From assembly GCA_045837725.1 (NCBI GenBank), contig JBEWZL010000263.1:62001-126000 (forward strand): DNA of 64,000 nucleotides. Reading direction: 5' to 3'. A program made the position numbers and the translations under genes. This DNA is from Vermamoeba vermiformis (Eukaryota). Under the pieces are notes generated by a model. The model had not been told where the DNA came from and did no database searches. It saw only the letters and a list, made by a program, of their open reading frames with translations. This document shows, in pieces, positions 40,940-54,417 of the stretch; the stretch's first letter is position 1, and each line of letters starts with the position of its first letter.

Positions 40940-41165
40940 TACTGATATGTTATATACTATACTAAGATATACAAGCAGCAGTGACTAGCAGTCATTATTG
41001 TAGTGCAACTCGCTAGCGTGAATAAGAAATGAATTTTCATTGCGAATAACTCGACATCACAACTGCAGCTCGTAGTAGCACAACAGAGCTTGATATTAGA
41101 TCGATACTATTTATTGTAAAGAATTGTCGTTACGTGATTGGATTATTCACTGAAACAGCTTCGAA

Positions 41166-42031
41166 ATGGTATGTCTTTAGCACTCCACTGACGTCTGGAT
41201 CTGTGCTCAATAATTTTTAAATAATTTTCTAACACTACAAAATACTGTCGAATTATTGTGCAATTATAATTGAACAATATTATTATTTTTGATATTTTGG
41301 TTTTTATTTTTGGATGTCATTTGCACTCCACTGATTAAACACACTTCTAACTCGTCACTAGTCAGTAACACTACACACTAATATGGGCGATATTAAAATC
41401 GAAGTCTACTGCGACATGGTGCCCATCGCAGCTTATGTACGGACCAGATCTGCTACCACTTACTAAACTACTAACATTAATACTAACACTAACGCTGCTC
41501 TTCATGTAGAACTTCCTCGCACTATGTGCCAGCAACTACTACGACAACACAGTGTTTCATCGCAACATCAAGGGCTTTATGATTCAAGGCGGTGATCCAA
41601 CAGGCACGGGCAAGGGCGGGCAAAGTATATACGGCAAACACTTTCAAGACGAGCTCGTCGATGAACTCACGGTACGTACACTAGTAGATATATATATATG
41701 TATATGTACGTGCAGCACTAACCCCTGCCAGCACGACACACGCGGCGTAGTGTCGATGGCGAACAAAGGTCCGAACACGAATGGCAGTCAGTTCTTCATC
41801 ACCTACGCCAAGGCCGCACATCTCAACAAGAAATATACCATATTTGGCAAGTACGTCTGAATACCACCACCACTCTGATCGGTACACGCCACTCACGCTG
41901 TTCTTAGAGTTATTTCAGGCTTTGACACCCTCGACAAGCTGGAGAATGTGCCCGCCAATGAGCGCGATGTGCCGCTGCATCCGATCCGGATCAACTCCGT
42001 CACCATTCACGCCAATCCACTCGCGGAGTAG
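41166..42031 (+). CDS. PPIL3: Cyclophilin PPIL3/Cyp10
   Basis: ATG-only first exon, then [42 protein letters not shown] and TIHANPLAE*. Confidence 0.93.
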
Positions 42032-42483
42032 CGACTATTTATAGCGCAGTGCCTACGCCTTGTAATATAAAATTGATCTTTTAGCGCAGTGATCGGCGTA
42101 CTATAGGCATATTTGATTATAGGACCAGTGCATATGAGCCTGTTGACATCAATCGGACCTCTGTAAGTACGACTCTATTAATAGCAGCGCTTATTATTAG
42201 TAACCAAAGCGGATTTATTCTTCAACACTGATTTCAATTACAAGTCGATATTTGACATTTGATCGAGGCACTGTGCTGTCTCGACAATTCACTGAATGAG
42301 GTGTCAAACACTCTCTCGCGGCAACACCTCTTAATGACACGTAGCATCGGGGTTGAGCTCTTAAAATAGCCTCGCGTGTCACCGATTAGCCCAAATATGG
42401 CTCTCTGCTTGACATCACTGAATGACACGTGTCATTCGCTGTACTCGACGACTGCTCTCCAAAGCTGTTCTAATTTTAGCTCT

Positions 42484-43574
42484 TCACACAGGTCGGTGCG
42501 AGTCGATGAGTGACAATTGATCGAGCACGCCTGTCAGTGCCTCGACTTCATTTGCAGTCTCTCGACCAGGGCAGTTCTGTCGTTCCCACAGCGTGAGTGC
42601 CACCACGAATGCCAAATTAGGAGCGGCAGTGGGTCGGATTTTGAGCACGTAGTCATAGGCCTCGCGGTACGACACTTTGGGCTTGAGTGGCGCGTCGTCC
42701 TCGTCGTCGGAGGCAGAGCAGTCGCACGAGTCGGAGCTATTTTTAGTCACATCGAGGCCCGCACTCATCAGATAGGCGATGGCCACTGCACTGGCTCGTG
42801 ATATGCCCTCCTCGCAGTGCACCAACACGCGCCCTACTAAGCCAGTCAGTACGAGGTGGTGGAGTTCCGAAAATGCAAGGAGTTTTACTAAAGTTGGGTA
42901 ATTTCTAAATATGGCAAAAATAAAAATAGCAGCAAATAAAATATTTAAATTTTGATGACAACCCCGCGTAATTTATGAGACAAATTGACGAGGGCAGTTC
43001 AATGAAATAAATCAATTGTTGCGCACTAAATATGGTCCGTAGAAACAGCAGGCAGAAAATCGTAGTCATTTTTCCGACAAGAACTATTTTTGGACCTCTC
43101 AAAATAATTCGGATGCGCAATTAAAACTGAGTATTATTGCTTGCTTTACTCGGAATAATTACCTTTCGCTTGTTTGGCCTTGTTGATAAATTTAACGGCG
43201 CGTTGAATTACTTCCATGGTCAGATTTTCGTGCGCCGTGTCGCGCAACGGAATCGCCTCGTAAATGAAATCATTCGGAAACGTATTGGGTGATCGTGTTA
43301 AATTGATAATGTGTGTAATATGGTGGTTTTTCAATAATTCTCGATCCCGACTCGCAACAGCGGAGCCGATGAAGAGAAAGGGGGTAATTCGAGACAGGAT
43401 CTTTCTGTAGTTGTCTTGCGGTGTCTTCTGTATGCACCCGTCCATAAGCAACGCAGGGTCTACATCGTTGCCCAGTTCTGAATCGTGGAATGCTGTTTCA
43501 GATGCGGTTGGTCCGATCTGCAGCGACAGTTTGTTCTTCTGCGCAAAATCGCGAAACTTGGACATTTTCATCAT
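42484..43574 (-). CDS. Dual-specificity protein phosphatase
   Basis: ITPFLFIGS, ITHIINL, catalytic VLVHCEEGISRA and IRPTAAPNLAF; 2 coding exons. Confidence 0.9.
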
Positions 43575-45206
43575 CTTACAATAGTAGGCACTAGCTATCG
43601 CAATTAAATACTACGAGCAGTGTTGCTAGTGTTCTTACTTTCGAAGCAAATGAATGAAAACTTGGGGTCAGTTTTTTTCAGTCTTTAAAAATAGGCACTG
43701 CTAATAATAGCTTCGCTCCTGAATTGGCTCAATCTCTTGCATAAACTGGAATTATTGTTCCATAAGCGCTGTCTCCGGGAGGGCAATCCAACGAATTGCA
43801 AAACGTTCCTGCCTATTTTTGGAGATTACTTCGAGATAGGGCTGCATCTGCTTGGAGCTAACCCCACTCCTGCTGTAGGCACCGTCAGATATAGGTAGGG
43901 TGTACAGACTGCTGCAGAAGGTGCATCCGCTCTTCTTGGTTCGAACGAGACACGTATTGACAGCTGGTACACACAGGAGTGCGCCGATGTGTGATAATTA
44001 AAGCAGTTCTCGTTCGTGTAGTGAGATCTGAGTGCGCGTGGCATGATCAATGCAACAACAGTAATATTACCAAGCATGGAATAATTACGTAATGTTTTTA
44101 CGAGCACGAGCTTAGTTCTCGGCGACGTGGCTCAATCAGATTCGCGAATGTTTCGCTTAGTAAATACCAATTTCTTATGAATTATTTAATGTGGCCTATT
44201 GTTTTGTCGATAATTCTCTCAAATACTGATAATTTGTCGATAATTCAATAATAATTAAATTGCTAATTCTAGCTTTACTGCAAGAATTTAATAAAATGGC
44301 AATATGTGGCAATTACACTAGATGAATATAAGTATCAAATTACTGTTACGGCGTTTTTGGCTCAGTTCCGATCCAATGGATTTGAAGCTCCCGTGATTGG
44401 AGCAGGCTTAGATCACTAAGCGACTAATTATGATTGCACAATCAGTCCTAGTTCTAAATTGTTACGTCAATAGGAACGGTGTTTACTAAACTGGAAAAAA
44501 CGTTGAAAATAACGCTATTAAATACTCCGCCGCACTGAATATAAATAGCGATGGTAGCATAAAAAATCAATAACAACAGCACACAACAAAAATGCAAGCC
44601 CGACAAAACCTCCCTCGCCGCCAAGCTACTCCCGCTAAATATTACCTGCTACGTTCGTCCCTCTCAATGCCCGACAAACACAGAGCATCGACCAACAAGC
44701 GCCGCCAGGCGACAGCCTCGCCGCCAAGAAAAGCGCACGGCCGCGGAAAGCAATTATTAAAAAATAAAAAACCAGCCTTTGTTAACTTTTCTTCATATGT
44801 CTCCTTTTTCTCTTTTCATTATTTTTTTACTTTACCTCATTTTTTGGTTTGGGGCATTTTTTTTGTTGTGAAAATAGCCACCACCGACCCAAAGACGAGT
44901 GGAAAAGATGCGGGGCCAGTAGTGGGGGATTGGAACACAAGTACAAATAGGGCGGTGGAGTGTTCGTCCTTTATAATGCAGATTTGGTTGTGACTTTTAA
45001 TGCGAATGAAATCCCAATAGAACCAACCAGTCGACCAATCGCAGGGTTTTTTCGGAACAACTAAAACCGTTTGTATTGGTCGTGGTTGTTTTACGGCACG
45101 TAACGGTCACAATATCAAATTGATACTTGAAATTTAATTGACGAACACGATGCCCGCTCCGAGTCAATAACGCAACAATATCACGATTAACAATATTGCA
45201 AGCACG

Positions 45207-47514
45207 ATGTCTCAATCAACTGCGAGCATAAATCACAACGGTCAAGTGGCTGACAAATCGAGCCACACCAAAGCACGATCAAGCTCAGCGACGTTAGGCA
45301 AAGAGAAGCCGAAGCTGAAAAAAGAAAAACACTTTGTAAATAACTCTGCCAGTACTTTGTTGCCTGGAGGACGAAGAGCTGCGCAATCTTCGATCACTCC
45401 CATCACCACACTGCCATCCACACCTGAAACTCGCAAAGCAGTAATTAGTTGGCAAACTGCAATTCGCAAATATAATGCTAAAAAAGAACTCGAAAGGCGA
45501 AGTAAGTGACGCAATAATAATCGATGATTGCGCAATTAAACACAAAAGATTTTATTAATTCGATCTAATTTATTCCAATTGAATTCTATATTTCGTTTAA
45601 TCGCCAAAATTATCAAATATTATATTTAATGAATGTGGTAACTCATAATTTTCGTTTAGAGGTCTTCCACCCGTACAGGACAAATATTGTAAAAGAGATC
45701 TTGGATACAGAAACAAAATATGTTGGTACATTACAGCGACTCGTAGAGGTAACGTAATATAATATTATTTTCATATTTGCACGGAAATTGAACGTAAGAC
45801 CACGCGCGCCATGAATAGCTCGATTAATTCAAGACTTAGGAGTTCTTAACACCGCTGCGTGCTGCTTCACTGAACGAACAAACTGCAATTATCAGCGCGC
45901 AACATGTCAAGAATATGTTCCCTAATATAGAGATTATATACAATGTCAACAAACAGTTTCTCGCGGATCTGCAAGAGCGCGTCAATCACTGGTCCATTCA
46001 ACAGCGCATTGGCGATATATTCTTGCGCATGGTACGTCCTGCGAGTGATGATAGACACTGCTAGCACCTTACTCACGCAGCACGCAGACCGATTTCCTCC
46101 GCACCTACACGCTGTACGTCGAGAACTACAGCACGGTGACACTCGCGGTGGAGGAGTGCATGAAGCTAGAGTCGTTCAGAAAGTTCATCAAAGACAGCTT
46201 TGGCGTGCCAGATCCGCTGCTGCTCACCTCGCTGCTGATCACACCCATTCAGCGCATCCCGCGCTATCAACTGCTGCTCGAACAGATGAAGAAGAAGACG
46301 TGGCCGCAACACCGCGACTACGAACAGATCTGTCGCAGCCACGAGAAGATGATGGAGACCGCTGATTACGTCAATGAGAAGGCCAAAGAGGCTGAGAACA
46401 TCGCCAAAGTGATTGAAATTGAACGCAATCTCGTCGGCAAGTTCAGCGTACGTACAGTGATGAGCACACTACTCGTGCCTATATATATATATACATATAC
46501 ACGCAGTCCTAATAACACGTGCGCAGAGTCTTATCTCACCGCAGCGCAAGTTTGTGCGGCAATGTGTGCTGCAAGAAGTGATCAAAAACAACTTGCACGA
46601 GCGGCTCTTCATCCTCTTCAACGACATACTCGTGCGAGCCAAGCGCGCCAAAGAGAAGAAAGAGCGGCGCGAGAGTGTCAATCAGCCGCAGGGTCCACAG
46701 CCCGTGCGGTGGGAGTTCTTGGAGAAAGTGCCGCTGCGCGAGATTGATGTGACAAATCTGAGCGACGAGGGCGACAAGAAGAACAGCTTTGAGATCGTGC
46801 ACCCGCAGATACAGTACTGGATCGTGTGCGGCACGCCTGAAGAGAAGGAGCAGTTCATGAAAGAGATACGGCTGCACAGCGACGAGTGCAAGGCCAAGGC
46901 CAAGTTCTACGACGAAGAGAAGATGCGTGTGGCCAAGGACCGCGCCAATCAAGCCAAGGCCCTCATTGGCAAGCAGTACTTGTCGCTCAAGACGGGCGGA
47001 CCTCAGCCTCTCAAGCCCGGCGCCTCGCTCAGCTCTTCAGGCCCTGACAGCGGTGCTTCATTCGCGCGCAGCAGTTCATTCGACGACGACAGCAGCAGTT
47101 CCGAGAAACAAAGCTCGTCCATGGGCAAATCTGATTCGCTGCGCAAGTACAAAACGACGCAGATCTATCGCAACATGAGTCCCACAGAGCGATATCAAGA
47201 GAGCAAAACAGCTATTGAGGAGATTGATAGGTACAAACAACTCGAGAAACAAAAAGAAGAGGAACAAGTTGAAAAAGCGAGTAAATCTAAAGAAGCGCTG
47301 GAAAAGAAATTTGGTTCACTGAAGACGGGACATTTCAAAGACTACAGAGCCCTAAAGGCAGAGATTAGTGGTGAGTATTAATCATGATTCAATAACTGCC
47401 GCAGGTTGAAATGGAATCTGCTTCTTTGATCTGTGTAACACGTGCAATTTCTAACCCATAGTATTCGCAGCGAATAAGAGGCAGTCCAGTGAAGTCAAGG
47501 ACGGGCATCCATAG
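45207..47514 (+). CDS. DH-PH RhoGEF
   Basis: EILDTETKYV and LLITPIQRIPRYQLLL (DH); LFILFNDILV...EEKEQFM (PH). 3' end uncertain. Confidence 0.88.
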
Positions 47515-47811
47515 TCTTGGTAATATATATATTTATTTGCCTGCCGTCGTAACTCAGCGCCGGATGGGCAGTTGTAAAATTAAATCTGTTTATTAAACGC
47601 GACTATTAACAACACAAACAAAGGAGTCATAGTAGTGTCCCAGATTTCTATTCGCGCGGATTAATATCGCATTGTAAGTGCGTGCCTGGGCGAGAAAGTT
47701 GCGGTGAAATAATTGCAATAACAAGCATTTCAATTATTAGCCGCAAGCAGCGAAACACGAATGCTAACCAACCACCAGTAGTATTATAGTCTATTCCGCC
47801 GAGACAATTAC

Positions 47812-50629
47812 ATGGGCTCTATTGCTACTGGACACCCCGATCTGCTCTCCTTTAACGCGGCGGATGCGAAGGTGAATAAATTTAATTTTTCTCTAACAGG
47901 AAAAAATATTAAAATTAACCCGTGCGATAAAATTATTATCACAGCCACGATCTAATGGATTGTATTATAATAGGAGGTAAAACGGCCGGCGGTAGTGCAA
48001 AAACAAGTCGATCATCTCGAGATCTATGACATTTTCAATTATTACGAGCTTGAATATTACAGAACTATGGTCCAACACGACGAAACTATACTGCAGCTAC
48101 GTGCTGGCACAGGTGAGAGCATAAAATAGGATCTGGCCCAAGTGTCATGTTCCATGGGTTAATATTGTGCACAGAAAATTTGAACTAGAAAATTCTTGGT
48201 TGAGAATGATATTTATATTAACCATTCATATCGGTACATTGTCTGTGATCTGCTAACTGTTTAATTTTACAGCGTCAGCCTTGGAGGGCACATCTGCGTG
48301 GTTCGAACACATGTTGAAACAATATGACGTTGTAGACTCTGAAATGCGGAGGAAATCTGCTATTTTGCTGATATATCACGCTGGAGGTATGCTGTCAGCG
48401 GCGAGGAGCACAGTCGAGGGCAGTTATTGACACGATTGACAGGTTTGAATCCGGATGGGACTGCAGATCCACAGCGAGCGAAGCAAGTGAATCAATGTCT
48501 GAAGCAGAGTCAGGCACTCAACACGTACATCAAACGACTGCGATTGGCTGCTTTAATTGGCAGCGAGTCACGTGATCGTTTGAATGTAGACATGTGTCAC
48601 GTGCTCAATTTGCTGTATTTGTTAATCACTTTCAATCACGAGGACAAAGATTTCTGCCGTGTGTTGAGTAAGCTACCGCGCACTCGTGGAGGCGTGTACT
48701 AATTAGGCAATAGGGGCTGAGGACTCAATTCCCAAATCAGTGGTCTGTCTGCTGTTCGATCTCGTGCGCTGCTACAACATTGAAAAGAACAAGACTTATC
48801 CCTTCAAGAAGGTACGTGTCAGTTATGCATTCACTGAACTGCGATTGACACCTGTCATTAGCTGGTCACCGTGCTGTTCTGTTGTCTGAACAGTGGCTTG
48901 GGCTCAGCAGCCCTGATTGAAAGTGCCAAGAAGTCTCTGCTGCATCAGTGGGGCATCAGCAAGCACGGCAGTGAGTTACTATATTTAGAAGTTGCTGGCG
49001 ACCTCTGTTTGACACTTTGACGTCATTTAGGCAATTCCAAGTGCTCTATCCACGACTTGCTGTCCTTTGAGAAGCACGTGACTTCATTCAAGTGCGACAA
49101 GTGCTCAGTGACAGGTGTCAAAGAGGCATCTTCACCGAAAGAAGGTGTCAAAGAGTCACCTGCGTGCGATCGCAAGTGTCAACCTCAGGCCCTGGTAGAA
49201 GGACTGAACATTCTGCGCAGCCACCTGTCACTGCCCTTTGCAGATGTCAAACAGCTGATTGTCACCTCGCAGCGCAGCACTGCAAATGACACCAAGTCAC
49301 TCTGGGAACTCGTCCACGTCGTGCGTCAAAAACAACATGCAGACGACAGCACCGCAATTGGCACACTGACCATCTGCGACAGTGTGAATCACGTGACGTA
49401 CTTTGATGTTATTTATAGAACACTGTTGCCGAGCTGGTCTGAAATCATCAAGATCTGTCTCGACGTCATGTTCAGCACGGTCACTGCGCGTCACGACAAC
49501 TCGGTCAGCGAAGTGTTTTATTTCATGAACGAGCTCGAGTCACGTGATTGGGTGCGTGAAGCAGCACGTGACACGCGTCGTGAACTGCCACGTCATCAAT
49601 CATTGCTGTTCTCGCTGCTGGCACACTTCTTGGTGCTGCTGCTCAAACACGCGCGGTATTCGAGTAAGTGACACGCAATCAATTCCTAATTAGGCAAGTG
49701 ACTGACAGCGCGCAGATGTGATGCACTTCGAGTACCTGACAGCACTCATCACGCAGTACCGCGGCATTGAGCTCTGTCTCAAGTTCCTCTCGCAAGATCT
49801 CTCCACTTTCCTCACCAGCTTTGTGCTCCACGTGACTGAGATGCAATCTCCGCGACCACGTGACAGCACGCCTGAGCCTGAACGCGACAGCAGTGACAGC
49901 GACACGGAGCGCGATGCCGACATGATCACGCACTCGGGCAGTGATCTCAGCGCCAAAGAATTGCAGCGTCGCGTGGTGGAGCTAAATATAGATCTCACGC
50001 GCACTCATCCTCACGAGTCACGTGCGCTGCATGCAGTCACCTCCACTGTCAAGCTGTTGCGCAAGATGATTCGCGAACATCCCTTCAGAATTGCGTACGT
50101 CGTCAAGTTCAAGGCGCAGGTAACTATTTCCTTATTTGGTAATATTGTGCGAGTGAAGCTAACTTGTTGTCGCAGACTACGTTGAAGAGATTGAATGAAA
50201 TAGACCACGAAGAGTTAAAGCTCGAGTTCTACAAGTTAATTAAGACGATGTTGCCCTACATCCACAAAAAATGGCGCGCAAGTAAGTTCCTAATTAGTTA
50301 TGACAATGAATGTCCTCACTAACTCATTTACAGAGCACATGGCAATTATCTCGCAGATCTATTACAAAGTCAGACCACGTCTGCACGATAATTGGCTCTC
50401 TACAACGTTCTCTCGCGAATCTGACGCAGATCCGAATCAATTCCGCGAGCTTGAGAACGCAGCGCTCAAATCCATTGAAATATACCACCATGTGCGCTAT
50501 TCAGCCGCAGCCGCTGGTCAATCGTCGCACACAGCCACGGCGCGTCGATATTCGTTTGACAGATCCCCGCGAGAACGACCTCAACTCGGTCCCGGCAACA
50601 CTTCGCCGACCACTGAACGCACTGCTTAG
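47812..50629 (+). CDS. STRIP/FAM40/Far11 STRIPAK subunit (divergent)
   Basis: C-terminal DUF3402-like VMHFEYL...LKFLSQD and KLIKTMLPYIHKKWR..HMAIISQIYYKVRPRLHDNW. Ends approximate. Confidence 0.8.
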
Positions 50630-50936
50630 TCCTATGAACAGTATATATATAGTGCGATCATATCAGCGCGAATGAGTTATTTTGATGCTGAATCAATGCT
50701 GCTTGAGATCAGCTCCACTGTACAGTAGTTAATACCTTGTAAATAGTCCCTGACCTGTGAATATGAATAAACTACATTGCGGAACACCATATCTGCTGAG
50801 TATTAATATGAATAGGAGAGTATGAACACGAGACTAGTGCGTGATGGGCGGTGAATTCAGATCTGAGCGAGTGACATGAACACGACCACATCTCACCGAT
50901 TCTTGTGCATTAATAGCGCATATATATGCAGCAACT

Positions 50937-53253
50937 ATGTTAAGAACGCTCTATCGTGCAGTAGTCAAACAGACAGCCGCAGTCAAAGTGAGATCTGGAT
51001 CTGTCTTTGCGAGCAAAACAACTTCAATATTCAGTCGCAGATCATTTAGTCACTGTAAGTGCCGTATTATAGATGAGCATTACTATAGTTCTCAAAGGAT
51101 TTTGGATATTAATTTTCAATAATAAGCAATTTCAATTATTTTTTAATTCCGTCACTCAACAACAACAGCAGTGACACTAGGAGACTAGTGATTATATTAA
51201 TATCGAGCTCTATATTCAGCACGACCCCATTACGGCAAGATGGCAGCAGTCAGTCCTGTTACAGACGAAGAGTTCTATATCGCAGCGATTGATCAGGGTA
51301 CATCCTCAAGTCGAGTGATGATTTACGACTCTAAGGGTCAACAAGTAGCATCACATCAAGTAGCAATACCTCACATCAAGCCTAAGCCTGGGTACGTCCT
51401 TGGATCCCGATATTTAATTTTAATTTCAAATTTCCGTTAATATTTCAATTGCAACAATTCCACGCAGCACTGTTGCGATCATGTCACATTATATATTAGC
51501 TCTATTGTTGAATATTACACTCGTTGCAATCAGTTAAATATTGTTAACGCTCGAGTGCGGATCTGCGCAGTGAGTCCAGTACACAACACTGCCGCACAGT
51601 TCCTAACAGTGCTGCACACACGCCCCTCACACAGCACACTACTGACCGCTAGTACTATCAGCTGGGTAGAGATAGACCCGCAGGCACTGCTCTCAAGTGT
51701 AGACGAGTGCTGCAAAGTAGTCTCCGCGCAGTTCCCCCGCACACATCTGCGCGCACTCGGAGTGACCAATCAGCGCGAGACCACGCTCGTCTGGGACCGC
51801 ACTGGCAAGCCACTCTACAACGCCATCACGTGGCTCGACACGCGCACACACGATCTCGTGCACCAGCTCATTGCCATATATGGTTCGCGCGATCAGTGGC
51901 GAGCACGCACCGGTCTGCCCATCACGACCTATTTTTCCGCACTGAAGCTCAAGTGGCTGATGGATCACGTGCCTGCTGTCAAACAGGCGGTGACAGCTGG
52001 CGAGTGTCACTTTGGCACCGTGGACAGCTGGCTGATTTGGAACTTGACACGTGACAGTGTCAAACAGGTGGCACCAGCACACGTCACTGATGTCACCAAT
52101 GCCTCGCGCACACTCATCTACAACATCAATGACCAAAAATGGGACGAAGAGATCTGTCGCGAGCTAGATATTCCGCTCCACGTGCTGCCGATAGTCAAAT
52201 CTTCGGCGGAGATCTACGGTCACGTGCGCACTGGTCACGCATTCGAAGGCGTGCCTATTGCTGGCGTGAGTACTCATTTGACACGTGTCAAAGTGCGGCG
52301 CTGACTAAGCTATTTTTAGTGTCTGGGCGATCAACAATCAGCCCTGGTCGGTCAATTCTGTTTGCAGCAGGGTGACGCCAAGAACACGTGAGTACTTGCC
52401 TAATTAGTGCATGCCATGCTGACACGTGACAGGTACGGCACAGGCTGTTTCTTGCTGTACAACACCGGCACGCAAGCAGTGCAGAGTGCGCAAGGGCTGT
52501 TGACAACCGTGGCCTATCAGCTCGGTCCACACGCGCCAGTGCACTACGCACTCGAGGGCAGTGTGGCGGTCGCGGGGGCTGTGGTGGACTGGCTCAAGGA
52601 CAATCTCGGCATCATCTCGCGCTCGTCCGAGATTGGTAAGTGACACGTGTCATAGCTAGCATCAGCTGACAGGTGTCAACAGACGAGTTCGCGAGTCAAG
52701 TGCCCGACAGCGGTGGAGTGCGCATGGTGCCCGCATTCAGTGGTCTGTTCGCACCGTACTGGCGCTCCGATGCGCGCGGAGTGATTGTCGGACTGACGGC
52801 GTACTCGACCAAACATCACATTGCACGCGCTGCACTCGAGTCTGTGGCCTATCAGACTGCTGATGTCGTGCAGGCCATGCAGGTACGTCACGTGATTGCC
52901 TTATTAGGCCATGCACTGATGACACGTGTCAGACGGACAGTGGTCGCCAATTGACACGACTGCGCGTGGACGGAGGACTGGCGAAGAGTGCGCTGTTGCT
53001 GCAGACCCAAGCGGACTTGCTAAATATAGACGTCGAGCGACCACGTGACACTGAGACCACGGCGCGGGGCTGCGCGATTGCAGCGGGCCTGGCACTGGGA
53101 CTGTGGCGATTGGTCGGTGATCACGTGGGCGGCAGTCACATGATTGGCAGTCACGTGTTTCAACCATCAATCAGTGAAGACGAGCGAATGACACGTGTCA
53201 AAGAGTGGAAGAAAGCGATTGAACGGTCACTCGATTGGGTCGAGCGCGACTAA
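50937..53253 (+). CDS. GK: Glycerol kinase with mitochondrial-like presequence
   Basis: [56 protein letters not shown] and LRVDGG. Confidence 0.95.
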
Positions 53254-53401
53254 GGCTATTTTTAGTCACGTGACTTTTATTGCCTAATATGTACATAGAA
53301 CTAAATCCAGTGTTACTATATTTAGCTCGCGAGGCAATGGCAAGTCGTTTGCAATTAATATGTACAGTAGTGTCGAGTGGTTCATGAAGCAATCATTGCA
53401 A

Positions 53402-54259
53402 CTATTTCTTCTTGTTCAGCAGCAGTCGCGTCAGGCGCGTGGTTAACTTCTCCTTATTAGGCTGCTACAGTGCCACCAGTCAGTCACACCACCACACTAA
53501 TACACCACCACTACGTACCCCCTGCATGGCTTGCAATCGCTTCGAATAGATGTGATACAGCAGCGGTTGATTGCTCTTGTGTGCAATGCGCGCCAATTCA
53601 CCCAGTACGCGCTGCACTTGCGCGCTGTTGCCTGCCAGCCACACGCGGTCCCACCACATCGCTACACGCAACACGCGATCAGCCATGCGCGTTCTGTTGT
53701 TCTGCGCCAATCTGCGGCCTAGTAGCAGCAGTATGTAGGAGAAGACTAGTCGTGTAGCGGCGTAAGTGGATGTGTCAGAAGGGAAGTAAGGGATGAATTT
53801 TCAGCAGTGAGTCGATTTAATACTGTCATTGATCGTGTTGGATGAATTATTTAAACATTCAAAACAATTTTAAAATTAATTGTTGCGAATCTGTCAATAA
53901 AAATAAAAATATTCCTGCAACGTACCAGTGTGCCCTTCGCAATATAGAAATGATATCTCATTGGACATCAAGAATGTTACAAATAACGACATGACTGCAA
54001 TGCGAATAGCAGCAAATATCTTGTATAACAGCGTGGATTCAAACTCGATCGTGACTAACTGTCGCTCCACATGAGGTTCGTGTTGCTCGTCCATATAAGC
54101 GCCATTATTATGCACCTCGCTGTTCTGTTCGTGCTCCAATGCGAGCAGTTGATTGCGCGTGTTGTGCCGAGTGCGCAGCGAGGGCAGCAGGAACAGATCT
54201 GAATAGACTACGTAGCCGAGTCCGAGCCAGAACACTACTTCGCGGCGTCTATTCTCCAT
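53402..54259 (-). CDS. Hypothetical membrane protein (3 exons)
   Basis: In-frame splicing ...EGHT|VFSYILLLLGRR...MQG|PNKEK...KKK*; several hydrophobic segments. Confidence 0.6.
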
Positions 54260-54417
54260 ACTACTCGTTGTCTAGTGCCGCACTGGTGGTGTTGTAGTGC
54301 ATTTGTAGTTGAATAAAATGCCCTCAATTCTGCTGACGTCATTGCACCAACAGCACCGCGACGAGACACATTAATAGCGCCATCAAACAGCAGGTGTAGG
54401 GAGAGGTGCAGCACGGC

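Noticed and set aside
43925-43955. GGTTCGAAC / T-loop-like sequence suggesting a tRNA
   Set aside because: T-stem is imperfect and there is no matching acceptor, D or anticodon arm on either strand.
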